Source of the DNA: Octopus vulgaris
Taxonomy: Eukaryota
Length of the DNA stretch: 64,000 nucleotides
Assembly (NCBI GenBank): GCA_951406725.2
Contig: OX597816.1
Span: 165,540,001-165,604,000 of the forward strand
Direction: 5' to 3'
Shown here: positions 25,816-37,978 of the stretch, piece after piece
Layout: every line of letters begins with the position of its first letter
Position numbering within the stretch: the stretch's first letter is position 1
Translations under genes and position numbers: made by a program
Notes under the pieces: model-generated
Told to the model about the DNA's origin: nothing
What the model saw: the letters and a program-made list of their open reading frames with translations, nothing else
The model's database searches: none

Positions 25816-28388
25816 ACATATATATATATATATATATATAAATAATAGGTGCATGTTCATAGAAAGTTTTGTTGAGGACAGGACACCTCTCTGATGCTGG
25901 TGCCATGAAGAAGGAAAACACAAAACACCCAGTGTTATCTGTGAAGTTGTTAGAGAGAAGAAAGGTAACTAGTTGCAGAAATCAAGCATGAAACCAAAAA
26001 TGAAATGTAAATGAGATGCAGTCCCCTAACCCATCTAGTGGGGCAGTACTCCTAAATTAGGGCTAATTCTAGTCATGAAAACTTGGTCAACCCAGGCCTA
26101 CATAGAAAACAGACATAAAATAATGACGAGGGTGATAAAAAGAAGACAACCAAAACAAATACATTTTGTGCAATTAATTATTAATTTCTTCAAATTAGAT
26201 GTAGACATGGATGTGTGATTAAAAAGCTCCCTTTGCAACCAGATGGTTTTGGAATTAGTCCCATTGTGCAGCATCTATAGCCCTGGGCTGACTAATGTCC
26301 TGTAAGTCAGTAGACAGAAACTGTGTGTATGTGTGTGACTACCACCACTTGTCAACACTGATGTTGGTTTGTTTACATCCCCACAACTTAGCAGTTCAGC
26401 AAAAGAAACCAATAGAATAAGTACCAGACTTAAGTGAGTGACATTGATTTTATCAACTAAGCCCATCAGAGTGGTGCCCCAGAAGGGCCATGGTCCAATG
26501 ATTGAAACAAGCTGAAGGTAGAAGATAAATTATCTCCCCTCTTCCTCTGAAAGTTGCTAACATTTACCATGAGATTATATTTCCTTTCTCTGATTAAAAG
26601 GCAGAGTTCAGCTAAGAGGTCTTTGTCTTGCAAGCTCCTTGGCAAACCTGGAGGGGCAGGTGGCACATAAAAAGCACCTGGTAGTTTCTGTAAAGTGATA
26701 GGCATTAGGAAAGGCATCCAGCTGAAGAAACCATGCCAAAACAGACAATTGGAGCCTAACACAGCTCTCTAGTCAAAAGGCCCAACCCATGCCAACATAG
26801 AAAACGGATGATGATGATGATGATGAGATTTGGCATATATCAATCAACACACCACCGCCTACTTGAATTGTCTAAATTTTACACCACCGCTGACTTATTT
26901 CAGCAATTTGTCTGGGCTAGTTTTCTTTATTCTAACAAAGTAAATCTAGTTCATTTCTTGTTCAAATCATTAAATATAAAATAACTAACCTTGTTATGTG
27001 TACAGGTAGGTGAATCTAGCTTTTAACAATATAAATATTTGCTCAGACTACTAAAGCGATAAATAGAACGGTTTTTATTTTTTTTCTTTCCTTTTCTTTT
27101 TCCTGCTTGCAAACAAGAGAGAAACATTGGAAACAAACTGCAATGTGTCTTTAACATTTCTTCACCTGTAACTTCCTCAGCAGACAATAGGTAAATATAA
27201 AGCCTAATTGGAAATGACTAGAAAGGTGACTGTAAGAAGGAAAAAAATTCCACATGTTAGACAGTGACATGAAGGCTGTTGACAAAAGAATAGATTCCTT
27301 TATAGCCACACACATTGCTATTATGTTAAACTGTCATATGTCCAAATTTGGCCACATGCATTTTTTTTCCAATATTTAATTTTGCTTGCGATAGCAGGTT
27401 CTTTTGGTTAATTTATTGCATCTCCAGCTGCTTCAGACGAAAATTATCAAAGTGTAGTACAACGGTTTAGCATTTTTCCAAAGTGTAAGTTTTGCAAAAG
27501 TATTTCTGACTAAAAATATCATACATGCATGGAGTTAGGATTTTACGCACCCAACAAAGTATTACTGCAGCGTGGAAGGTGTTTATAAGCCATTTAAGAA
27601 ACACACAAAAACCGTTAAATTCACTTCAACATTTAAATTTAATTTGTCGAAATATTTTCGTCGCTTTGAAACCACGACCTGTTCATTGACAAGACTTCGT
27701 GCTGCATCTCATTGTTTTCTCAATTGTTTTCGTTCCAGCACACGATCTCAGATCAGGTCACTTGCTATGCAAGTACATCTCCAAAGTATTATTGTTAAGC
27801 TGAAACTTTTGCTAATGTAAAAAGAAATGGAATGGTGAAACTACTTTTTCATTTTCTGGAAAAGCAGGGTTTTGGACTTACAACACTTTTGCATAATAGC
27901 AATGAAGTACAATAAAAATAAAAGAGGGGGATTAATTTCTAAAGGTTTTTTTTTAAGGTAAAAACAGGCTTTATAGAACCTATATGCCATAGTAAGGAAA
28001 GTCAACCTAATCATCGAGAACAATCAAATTGTATGGTTTCTATTAACTAATCAACATAATCAGATTACATTGCTATGTAATTAAATGTTGGTGTCTTAAA
28101 AACTAAATCAGTTCTACTACAAATATTAATGGTTCACTACACGATAAGCAATTAGTAAATAATAATAACCAGGTATCGAGGTTTCTCTCCACTTGAAGGT
28201 TACACATTTTATATTCATCATGGCAGATTAACATTGAAAACACGTTCTTGTTGAGTTAAATATGGTTGAGTCCGACTAACACTCTGCCGGTTACAACAAA
28301 AGTTCCATTTGATGCAACCAATGGGACAGCCTGCTCATGAGATTAATGTGCAAGTGGCAGAGCACTCTACAGACATACATACCTTTAA

Positions 28389-28610
28389 CCCTTTTGACAC
28401 CAACCCGGATGAAACTGCCTCTTGCTCTGTAGTACAAATGTCTTGTTTTCATAAGTTTCGAATTAGAATCTTCCACCAAACCTTAGTTATAATTTATGTT
28501 CCTAACACTAGCTTAATGATAACTAAGTTATTTTACTAAATTCTTTGTTATATTCAAAATTAATTGAAAGAAACACAGATCACCTCAAAATAAATACAGT
28601 AACGAAAGGG
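28389..28610. mobile_element. piggyBac-type MITE, second family (about 220 bp)
   Basis: TTAA|CCCTTT...AAAGGG|TTAA; inserted at a TTAA of a family D SINE. Confidence 0.85.
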
Positions 28611-30444
28611 TTAAAGTAGTTAAGAAGTTTGCTCCCTAACAGCATGGTTCTTGGTTCAGTCCCACTGCATGGCACCTTAGGCAAGTGTCATTTACTACAG
28701 CCTTCAGGGCAACTAAAGCCTTGTAAATGGATTTGTTAGTCAGAAACTGAAAGAAGCCCGTCATATGTATACATGTATCTATGTGTGTGTGTCTTATTGT
28801 CTGTGTTTGTTTCCCACTACTGCTTGAAAACCAGTGGTGTGTTTTACAACTCAGTAACATAGTGGTTTGGCAAAAGTGATTGATAGAATAAGACATCATC
28901 ATCATTGTTTAACATCCATTTTCCATGCAGGCATAGGTTGGACAGTTTGACAGAGGTCAGGAAAGCCAGAAGGCTACACCAGGGTCCAATCTGATCTGGC
29001 AAGCTTTCTACAGCTGGATGCCCTTCCTAACACCAACCACTCCAAGGTGCTTTTTTACGTGCAGGCTTTAAAAGACAAAAAAGTACTTGGGCCAATCCAT
29101 TTGACTAAAAATACTTCAAAACGGTGTGTCAGCACGGCCACAATCAAATGACAGAAGTAAAAGGTCTGAATCGCAGAGTGTAGGTACACGAAACTTAAAA
29201 AAGAATCTAAAGAAACTAGGAATAGAGAGAGTCTGGATCTTGGTCACGTGCTCTTGTTAATATGGGTTTTAAACAGCAGCAATCTTTGCATAAATGTTAA
29301 GTATGTTTACATAGGACATTGTATTATACATTTGTTTTATGAAAGGTATAATTAAGTGGTTGTTTTGCTGCTAACAAACTAATGAGCTTAACTTGAAAGT
29401 ATCATTTAGAATTACAAAACTGAAGATTTGTGGGTTTACTGGTCTGCTATTTTGAGTTTGATACAGGCATGACAGTGTGGGTTATGAAGCTCACTTCTCA
29501 ACCATGTGGTTTTGAGTTCAATCCTACTGTAAGGTATCAGGGCAAGTGTCTTCTGCTATATTGCCAAAACGGAAGCTAACCAAAGCCTTCTAAGTAGCTA
29601 GGTAGATGGAAACTGAAAGAAGCTCATACATGTGTGTGTGTGTGTGTGTGTGTCCTTGTCTTGATGTCATATAATGCTTATAAATGAGCATCACTGTCAT
29701 ATAAAAAGGGTCATTTGTTTCCAATCTTCCGTGAAAAACTCCCTGGCCAAGGGGAAACCTGAGGTTAGCATTAGGAAGGGCATCAAACCATGGAAAATCT
29801 GCCTCAATAAAACTCCATCCAAACCATGCTAGTATGGAAAAATTATCATTAAAGCAATGAGGATTCTGTTTAACTCTTGCTCGACTACATTTTAGTGTTT
29901 ATATATAGACACAAGTGCAGTACCCAAGTTAGATATCTCTGTTATTGTATGTTTGCACTAGATAACAAGGATTGCACCAAGTAACGAGATGCTATGAGAT
30001 GTATCCAACTCATGGCAGCGAGACTAAACATGTAAGCAATGATGATGTTACCAAAATAATTCTTGTTGATGCAGTGCAGCTATTTCTTCAAATTATAGTG
30101 ATTATCTTTTAAGAATAATAGGATGTCTAAGAGGAAAATTATAACAGTTAATTAAAGTGCCAGAAAGATAACAAAACTAAATATTTATTTTACATAATGT
30201 TGTTGTATAGCCCCGGGTCAACTCTTGACTGAACAGTCCAACTATCACAAGCAATCCAGTCATGACAATCCCATCCTATTGGGGGTATGTCTAGGACTAT
30301 ATTATCCAATTTATCCCTTTCTTTTTTAATATTCAAAACAAGATTAACAGGATTTGGCAGTGCCTGCCTCTCAATCATTTTTTTACCTATTTTACAGTAC
30401 TTGACACCACCCCAATGTTTAAAAAAATCCAATTATCTCATCCT

Positions 30445-30826
30445 ATAGACACAGGAGTGGCTGTGTGGTAAGTAGCTTGCTTACCAACCACATGCGTGGC
30501 ACCTTGGGCAAGTGTCTTCTACTATCGCCTCGGGCCAACCAAAGCCTTGTGAGTGGATTTGGTAGACAGAAACTGAAAGCCCGTCGTATATATATATATA
30601 TGTATGTGTGTGTATATGTTTGTGTGTCTGTGTTTGTCCCCCCAACATCGCTTGACAACTGATGGTGGTATGTTTACATCCTCGTAACCTAGCGGTTCGG
30701 CAAAAAGAGTCCAATAGAATAAGTACTAGGCTTCCAAAGAATAAGTCCTGGGGTCAATTTGGTCTACTAAAGGCAGTGCTCCAGCATGGCCACAGTCAAA
30801 TGACTGAAACAAGTAAAAGAGTAAAG
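30445..30826 (+). mobile_element. SINE family A, near full length
   Basis: Same layout, with a small deletion in the head. Confidence 0.85.
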
Positions 30827-31870
30827 AGTTACATTTCTATAACTAAAAATTTCTAGGAATTATAAAAAAAAAAAAGTGAAAATATTTCATTTATCAAAGT
30901 ATAACCAATTTATTGCTAATAAGCTTTAGCAGAATCTTATACAGACTCCCTTACATGGGCTCTGGTTAAGAAGCACTGGACTGGAGGGAAAATTTGCTAT
31001 TTCTAGCAGGCTGGGTGACCACATAGTTGGCTCTTCTTTTAATGTAATTGTGTTCAATTTTGAAATAGTGTAAAAAGATTTTCACCAAGATATATTTTAT
31101 TTCTTTTTTACTAAATAAACTAATAATAAAAATGAAGTCAGTCATGAGATTCTTCACTTGAATTAAGATTCTAATATAAGATTTCAAGTTATAATGTCTA
31201 AGATTATTTACTATTCAAATGTTAAGTAAATAATATATTTATGAATTGTCTATTTAAATTTTTTTGAGTAGATTTCATGACAAGTGTAATACAATAAAAA
31301 CCAGTGAAAATTCCAATCTCACTTTGTAAAAGAAATCTATAAATTCTTTATAAATTCAACAATAAAGTCTTCTGTAGGTGCTTACAGTTTATCTTAAAAA
31401 TCATCAAAGGTCTTTTTGTCTTTACATAGTATTCATTCACTAATACTAGTGAAGGAATTTTTCAATACAAAGTAATTTTTGTGTGTGTGTGTATAGTGGC
31501 ACTCAGTCGGTTATGACGATGAAGGTTCCAGTTGATCCAATCAACGGAACAGCCTGCTCATGAAATTAACGTGCAAGTGGCTGAGCACTCCACAGACACA
31601 TGTACTCTTAACATAGTTCTCAGGGAAAGGGCTAACCCTTTGAATTAAAGGTACAACAGAAACAGGAAAAAAGAGTAAGAGAAAGTTGCAGTGAAAGAGT
31701 ACAGCAGAGTTTGCCACCACTCCCTGCTGGAGCCTCGTGGAGCTTTAGGTGTTTTCACTCAATAAACACAACGCCAGGCTTGGGAATCAAAACCATGATC
31801 CTACAACTGCGAGTTTGCTAGCCCAACCACTGGGCCATTGCAACTCCACACACGTGTGTGTGTGTGAGTA

Positions 31871-31908
<38 letters not shown>

Positions 31909-31912
31909 ATCA

Positions 31913-32109
31913 TAGGCACAGGCATGGCTGTGTGGTAAGACGCTTGCTTCCTAACCACATGGTTCCGGGTTCACTTCCACTGCATAGCACCTTGGACAAG
32001 TGTCTTCTACTATAGCTTTGGGCCAACCACAGCTTCGTGAGTAGATTTGGTAGATGGAAACTGAAAGAAGCCTGTCATGTATGTCTGTACGTATGTATGT
32101 GTATGTATG

Positions 32110-32151
<42 letters not shown>

Positions 32152-32360
32152 TCAGCATTTGTATCTGTGTCCCTCCACCATCACTTGACAACAGATTTTG
32201 GTGTGTTTACATCCCCTTAACTTAGCAGTTCGGCAAAGAGACTGACAGAATAAGTACCAGGCTTACAAAGAGTAAGTCCAGGGATTGAATTCTTCGACTA
32301 AAAGGCGGTGCTCTAGCAAGGCCACAGTCAAAATGACTGAAACAAGTAGAAGAATAAAAG
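31913..32360 (+). mobile_element. SINE family A, full length
   Basis: Same layout. Confidence 0.85.
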
Positions 32361-32634
32361 AATATATATTTTCAATATATTTCTTCAGTAGATAGCTTAT
32401 TATTATTAAGGTGGCAAGCCGGCAGAATTGGCAACACACCAGGCAAATTGCTAAACGGAATTTCCTGTTTTTACATTCTGAGTTCAAATTCCACTGCAGT
32501 TAATTGCGTTTCATCCTTTTGGGGGTTGATAAAATAAATAGCAGCTGAGTTCAGGGGTTGATGTAATCAACTTGCTGCATTCCTTGAAATTGATGGCCTT
32601 GTGCCAAAATTTGAAATTATTATTGTTGTTGCTG

Positions 32635-32880
32635 TTACCTCTGCCTTAGCGAAGGCGGAGGTAGTTTTCAGTCGTGTTTGTTTGTGGACAAGATATCTCA
32701 AGAACTGCAGGATGGATTCGGATGAAACTTACAGGGATGTTTGGCCTCATGAGTGACACAAACCACTTAGATTTTGGGATTAATCCGGTACCAGACAAGG
32801 ATTCTGGATTATTTTTCCTGTTTTTTACTTAATTTTTGAGAGCAGTTAGGTTTATTTTTATTATTTTCGTTTGTGAGAGT
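32635..32880 (+). mobile_element. Helentron-associated (HINE/DINE-like) element, 5' part
   Basis: TTACCTCTGCC...GGCGGAGGT short inverted repeat, (GTTT)n, then a gatatctcaagaac...gatggattcggatgaaact core. Confidence 0.6.
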
Positions 32881-33084
32881 CTTAGAATATCAGATACTTG
32901 AGAAAATGCCTTCTGCTATAGCTCAAAGCTAACCACTGCCTTGTGAGGGAATTTAGTAGACAGAAACTGTGAGGAAGCCTATCACATGCATGTGTGTATG
33001 TGTTCTTCCCACCACTTGACAACTGGTGTTGGTGTGTTTATGTTCCTGTAACTTAGCAGTTTGGCAAAAGAGACTAATAAAGTG

Positions 33085-33626
33085 CAGTAATGCCTCACTT
33101 TTTGAGGACCCGCTTTACAAGACGCCAGGTTTCGGAGTTTTATTTTTCAAGCACAAGATCCAAATTTTGAACCAAGTGTAAAACTTTCTACTACCATAAG
33201 AAATGCTTCTTTGTCTTACTAGAAATTTATAGAGAATGAAAAACAGCGTCTCAGCAAACAACTTGTTTTTTAAAAGAAATCTACTAGTCTGTCTGTGAGA
33301 GCTTGTGAATTGGCAATCACATCTACAAGTGATGGTGTGAACAAGTCTAGTGAAAGTGAAAGTGATTCAGAGAACATAATATTTTTTTTTTATTATAAAT
33401 GATCTTTACGTTCTTTTTACTTTAAATAAGATATTCTTTACATTCTACTGTTGTTTTATTGCCATTTATTTACAGGTATTATAAATTTTATAAGTGAATT
33501 ATTTTTCTGGGAACGTATTACGATTTCTAATATTGCTACTATGGGAAATTACTACTCTGCTTTATGTAGTTTCACTTTACGAGTGGTCTCCGAGAATAAA
33601 TTAACTTGTATATTGAGGCACTGCTG
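33085..33626. mobile_element. Tigger/pogo-type MITE inserted in a family A SINE tail
   Basis: cagtaatgcctca / tgaggcactgctg ends at the TA of aagTAccagg. Confidence 0.7.
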
Positions 33627-34920
33627 TACCAGGTTATAAAAAAAAGAAAAACAAAATTACTGAGGCAGTGCCCCAGCATGGCCACAGTCTAAAGACTGAA
33701 ACAATAGATAAAAGATTGTAATAGCAAAAATGTAATCATGATATTTTCATATCCATGATATTAAGCCTTCTTTGGTTTCCATAGCATCAATCTAACTTAC
33801 TGGCAATTCAAAAGAATAGTTGTTCAACCTTTGATTGAATGTGTCATAGATTTACCATTAACCTTATGACAGATCTTCATACAGTCATATAATACTTGAC
33901 ATACAAAGAGATACTTATATCAAACCCAATCCAGTAAGGATATCAAATTGAGAACACCTGAATTTGTGCCAGAAACAAAGAGAGATTTGAATACTAACAG
34001 AGAATCGAAACCAGATATGTTGGCTGAAGTTGTATATATTACACTGCACAGGCAACAATAACAAAGGATGTATTTGTACCCCCTGTAGATAAATTCCATT
34101 GCTCAAAGCAGGGTGAAATTACAAACAGCGATTCTGAAGAAAGTGGACACTTAATCAAAACAATACAGCTATTATGTCAGAGTATTGGATTGAAACAGGC
34201 ACAAACAGAATGGCCAGCGGCTTTAAGATTGATTTTCAATGCACGACATTAATTTCATTCATTGGCAAGTAATCCGATACAGAATCTTCTGTGACAAGAC
34301 TAACAGCCGACCCAAAACAGGTGGAAATATTAAATTTCTTGCTGTTTGGTAAACAAGATTGATATTTCCCCAGCCCACACATTAAGAAAAGTCGAGGGTG
34401 TTTCTATTAATGACCGAAGCTAAAAACACCAACAACATCGTAACTGACCAGTGAATCAGATGTATAGTCATGATTTGTGAAGAAATTTAATCTTGTTTCA
34501 AGCATTCGTCAGTTATGTTAATTTAGTGTCTACACTGAAATTATATTTAGAGAATTTTTAATTAAGTTCTGCTATTCATTTAGCATATATTACTGCTTAT
34601 TTCAATGTTTTTTATTCACTCCCCCACCCCACTTCCCTGGTTGCTAGAGTTTTTCGTTGACTGATTTATTCAGCTTGTTTTAAGAAATTAGGACATTTGC
34701 ATATTGTCAGAGAAAGGAGTTTAAATGCTATGCTTTTCTTTTTTCTCCCCTTCCGCTTCCTTAGTGCTAAACCACTGGACTGCATAATTTAAGGATGGAC
34801 ATTGCTGTCAGTTAGCCAGATTTAGGCTATGAGGATATCTGTCTCAACTGGCAGCTCAACAAAATGACTTTTCAACCAACTAAAAATAATAGCCATATAT
34901 CCCTCACATCACATGCTTAA

Positions 34921-35140
34921 CCCTTTTGTTACTAACACGGCCAAAACCGGCTCTGGCTCTGTGGTAAAATGTCTTGTTTTCATAAGTTTTAAATTAAAAT
35001 ATTCCACCAAACCTTAGTCACAATTCACATTCCTAACACTAACTTAAGGATAACTAAGTTATTTTACTAAATTCTTTCTTATATTTAAAATAATTGAAAG
35101 AAACACAGAGCATCTCAAAATAAATACAGTAACAAAAGGG
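34921..35140. mobile_element. piggyBac-type MITE, second family
   Basis: TTAA duplication and CCCTTT/AAAGGG ends; similar to 28389-28610. Confidence 0.85.
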
Positions 35141-36621
35141 TTAATCATGATCTTCCTCAACATCCCTCTTCCTAACTGGAATCAGTTAGATAGTTCAACA
35201 GAATCCACGAAGTCAAAGGACCATGTCATGCTCTAATGTTCCATGATTTCTTTGGTTCAATGTTCTTCATAAGACCAACCACTTGATTGGGGGTAGTGCA
35301 TGTTTTTTTCAAAGCACCAACACTAGTGAGGTTGCCATGTAACTTGCGAGGCCAAAATCTTCCTTGACTGAGAGGGACTATAGTTCCACTCTATGTGAGT
35401 TACTGATAATTCCTTGGCCCTCACTCCATTAGAAACACAGTAACCCAATGATTGGCTCACTGGAAACTTTGCAGCCAATGAGCTTACTGCTCACCAATGG
35501 CTACGTATAAAATAGAAATAACGACATAGAAACTAATACAGTTTGCCTAACACAATTAAGCATTTGGATGATAATTTTAATTAGCACTTATGTTAATGAG
35601 AGGGAAAATATTCACACAGTTATGATGTCAAGTGAGAAACAAAAGTCAGCTTCTTCTGACCAGGCACAAAGACCTTATATTTAAAGAGAAACATGACTGG
35701 GAAAATTGTAGTATCAGCAAGCTTTTATAAAATAATCTTTATTCTTCTAAAAAGGGCCCTACCCAAAACAACAGAATTTACCGCCCTTTCAGCCACATAA
35801 TCTTATCTTTGTTGACAAATTTAACCCATTTTTTTTTCTCTCAATGCAGACTTAGATTCCAGTTTTTTCCAGTGTATGTTTTAACTTTATGAAAATAAAA
35901 CAGCATATTTGTGTGTGTGAGTATATTCAGAAACTAAATATAGAAGCTTAAAGAAACGTACGTGCACATCTGTCAATTATGTTGCTCAAACAAACAAAAA
36001 TACATCATCATCATCATTATTATTTTAACGTCTGATTCTCCTTGCTAGCATGGGTCAGGCAGAGAGATTTTCTCTAACCAGATGCTCTTCTAATCACCAG
36101 CCTTTACTTGTTTCCATATAGGATAGATAATTCATCATGACAAGGCTTAAACAGGATATTTGAAAATGAATGACCCTGCTTGTATGACAGTGGCACTCAT
36201 TTACAACCATCACATGATGTTCAGAAAATGAGATGCAAACATAAACACGCACTTGCATAAGTCATTGTTTGACTGCTTAGGTAGTCAAAACTTTGAAGTC
36301 ACTGTCAGTAATACTCTTGTTTCAATAAACTTGTACTCTACAAAAGTACAGTGACCTCTTTGTAGAGAAATTGTTTTTATAACACACACACACACACACA
36401 CATATGCAATCTTCTTGCTGTTTCCTTTAGTTTCAGTCTATTAAATCTACGCATAAGGTGTGGCAAGCCCAGGGATATAGAAGTCGATACCTGCACCTGG
36501 ATAGGTGTCTACTAAATTCAATTGCATGCCACCTGCCCATGCAATTGGGACTGAACCCAAAACCAAGTAGTTGGGAAACAAACTTAACCACACAGCCACA
36601 CCTGCACTCATATTTCTTTAA

Positions 36622-37337
36622 CCTTTTTGATACCTCCCCGGCTGAAACCACCTCCGCCTCTGTAGTTAAAATTTTTGTTTCCATAAGTTCTGAATTAAAA
36701 TTTCCCACCAAACCTTAGTCACAATTCATATTCCAAACACTAGCTTAAGATATTTTACAAAATTCTTTGTTATATTTAAAGTAATTGAAAGAAACAGAGC
36801 ATCTCAACAAAAATATGGTAATGAAAGGGTTAACAAATTATTAATTTAACCCTTTTGATACCGCCTCTGGCTCTGTAGTACAAATGTATCGTTTTCAAAA
36901 GTTCTAAATTAAAATTTCCCACCAAACCTTAGTCTCAATTCATGTTTCTAACACTAGCTTAATTATAAACTAAATTATTTTACTAAATTCTTTATCATGG
37001 CCGATGCCAGCGCCGCCTTGGCTGGCTTCCATGCCGGTGGCACGTTAAAAGCACCAACCGATCGTGGCCGATGCCAGACTCCCCTGGCACCTGTGCAGGT
37101 GGCACGTAAAAAGCACCCACTACACTTGCGGAGTGGTTGGTATTAGGAAGGGCATCCAGCTGTAGAAACACTGCCAGATCAGACTGGAGCCTGGTGCAGC
37201 CCCTGGCTTCCCAGACCCCGGTCGAACCGTCCAACCCGTGCTAGCGCGGAAAAACGGACGTTAAACGATGATGATGATGATTTGAAGTAATTGAAAGAAA
37301 CACAGAGCATCTCAAAATAAATACAGTAATGAAAGGC
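36622..37337. mobile_element. Two adjacent piggyBac-type MITEs (36622-36829 and 36850-37337, the second split by a SINE)
   Basis: TTAA flanks; same internal sequence as 28389-28610. Confidence 0.85.
36995..37281 (+). mobile_element. Young SINE family C copy inserted in a piggyBac-type MITE
   Basis: CpG-rich; splits the MITE at 36850-37337. Confidence 0.85.
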
Positions 37338-37699
37338 TTAATAAAGTAATTTATAAAAGCATGTGCGCGTGTGTGATGGGGGAAGGGTGTCTTTGAAGAC
37401 AGAGCCCTATAAAACATCAACCCCTCTCTTCATGGTAAACAAACTTCACTAATTTCTCCAGATTCCAGTTTATCCATCCTCCCCAACACATGCACAATGT
37501 TATATATAATTTGCAGATTTCCATGTGATGTATAATGAATTTCAAAATCCTATTTATAGGAATATTAAAAGAAAAAAAAAAAAAACACTCAAAAACAAAA
37601 ACAAAAGAATTAAGTAAAATTAAGATATATGATACGTGTAAGTACTACTTTGAAAAATTCGAAAGGTCTTTTGCATAATCTTTATTAATTATCAATCAA

Positions 37700-37978
37700 C
37701 TGAGGTCGTTGCCAGTGCCGCTGCACTGGCTTCTGTGCAGGTGGCACGTAAAAAACACCATTTGAACATGGCCATTGCCAGTACTGCCTGCTCGGCCCTC
37801 GTGCCAGTGGCACGTAAAAGCACCCACTACACTCTCGGAGTGGTTGGCGTTAGGAAGGGCATACAGCTGTAGAAACTCTGCCAGATCAGATTGGAGCCTG
37901 GTGCAGCCATCTGGTTCGCCAGTCCTCAGTCAAATCGTCCAACCCATGCTAGCATGGAAAGCAGACGTTAAACGATAA
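37700..37978 (+). mobile_element. SINE family C copy
   Basis: Family C layout. Confidence 0.85.

Noticed and set aside
26990-27021. Possible 30-nt phase-0 minus-strand microexon (LDSPTCTHNK) with AAG|GTTAGT
   Set aside because: Acceptor lacks a pyrimidine tract and the donor is weak; not distinguishable from chance.
27640-27695. Hammerhead-like stem followed by GAAA on the minus strand
   Set aside because: No CUGAnGA core; treated as an unclassified repeat.
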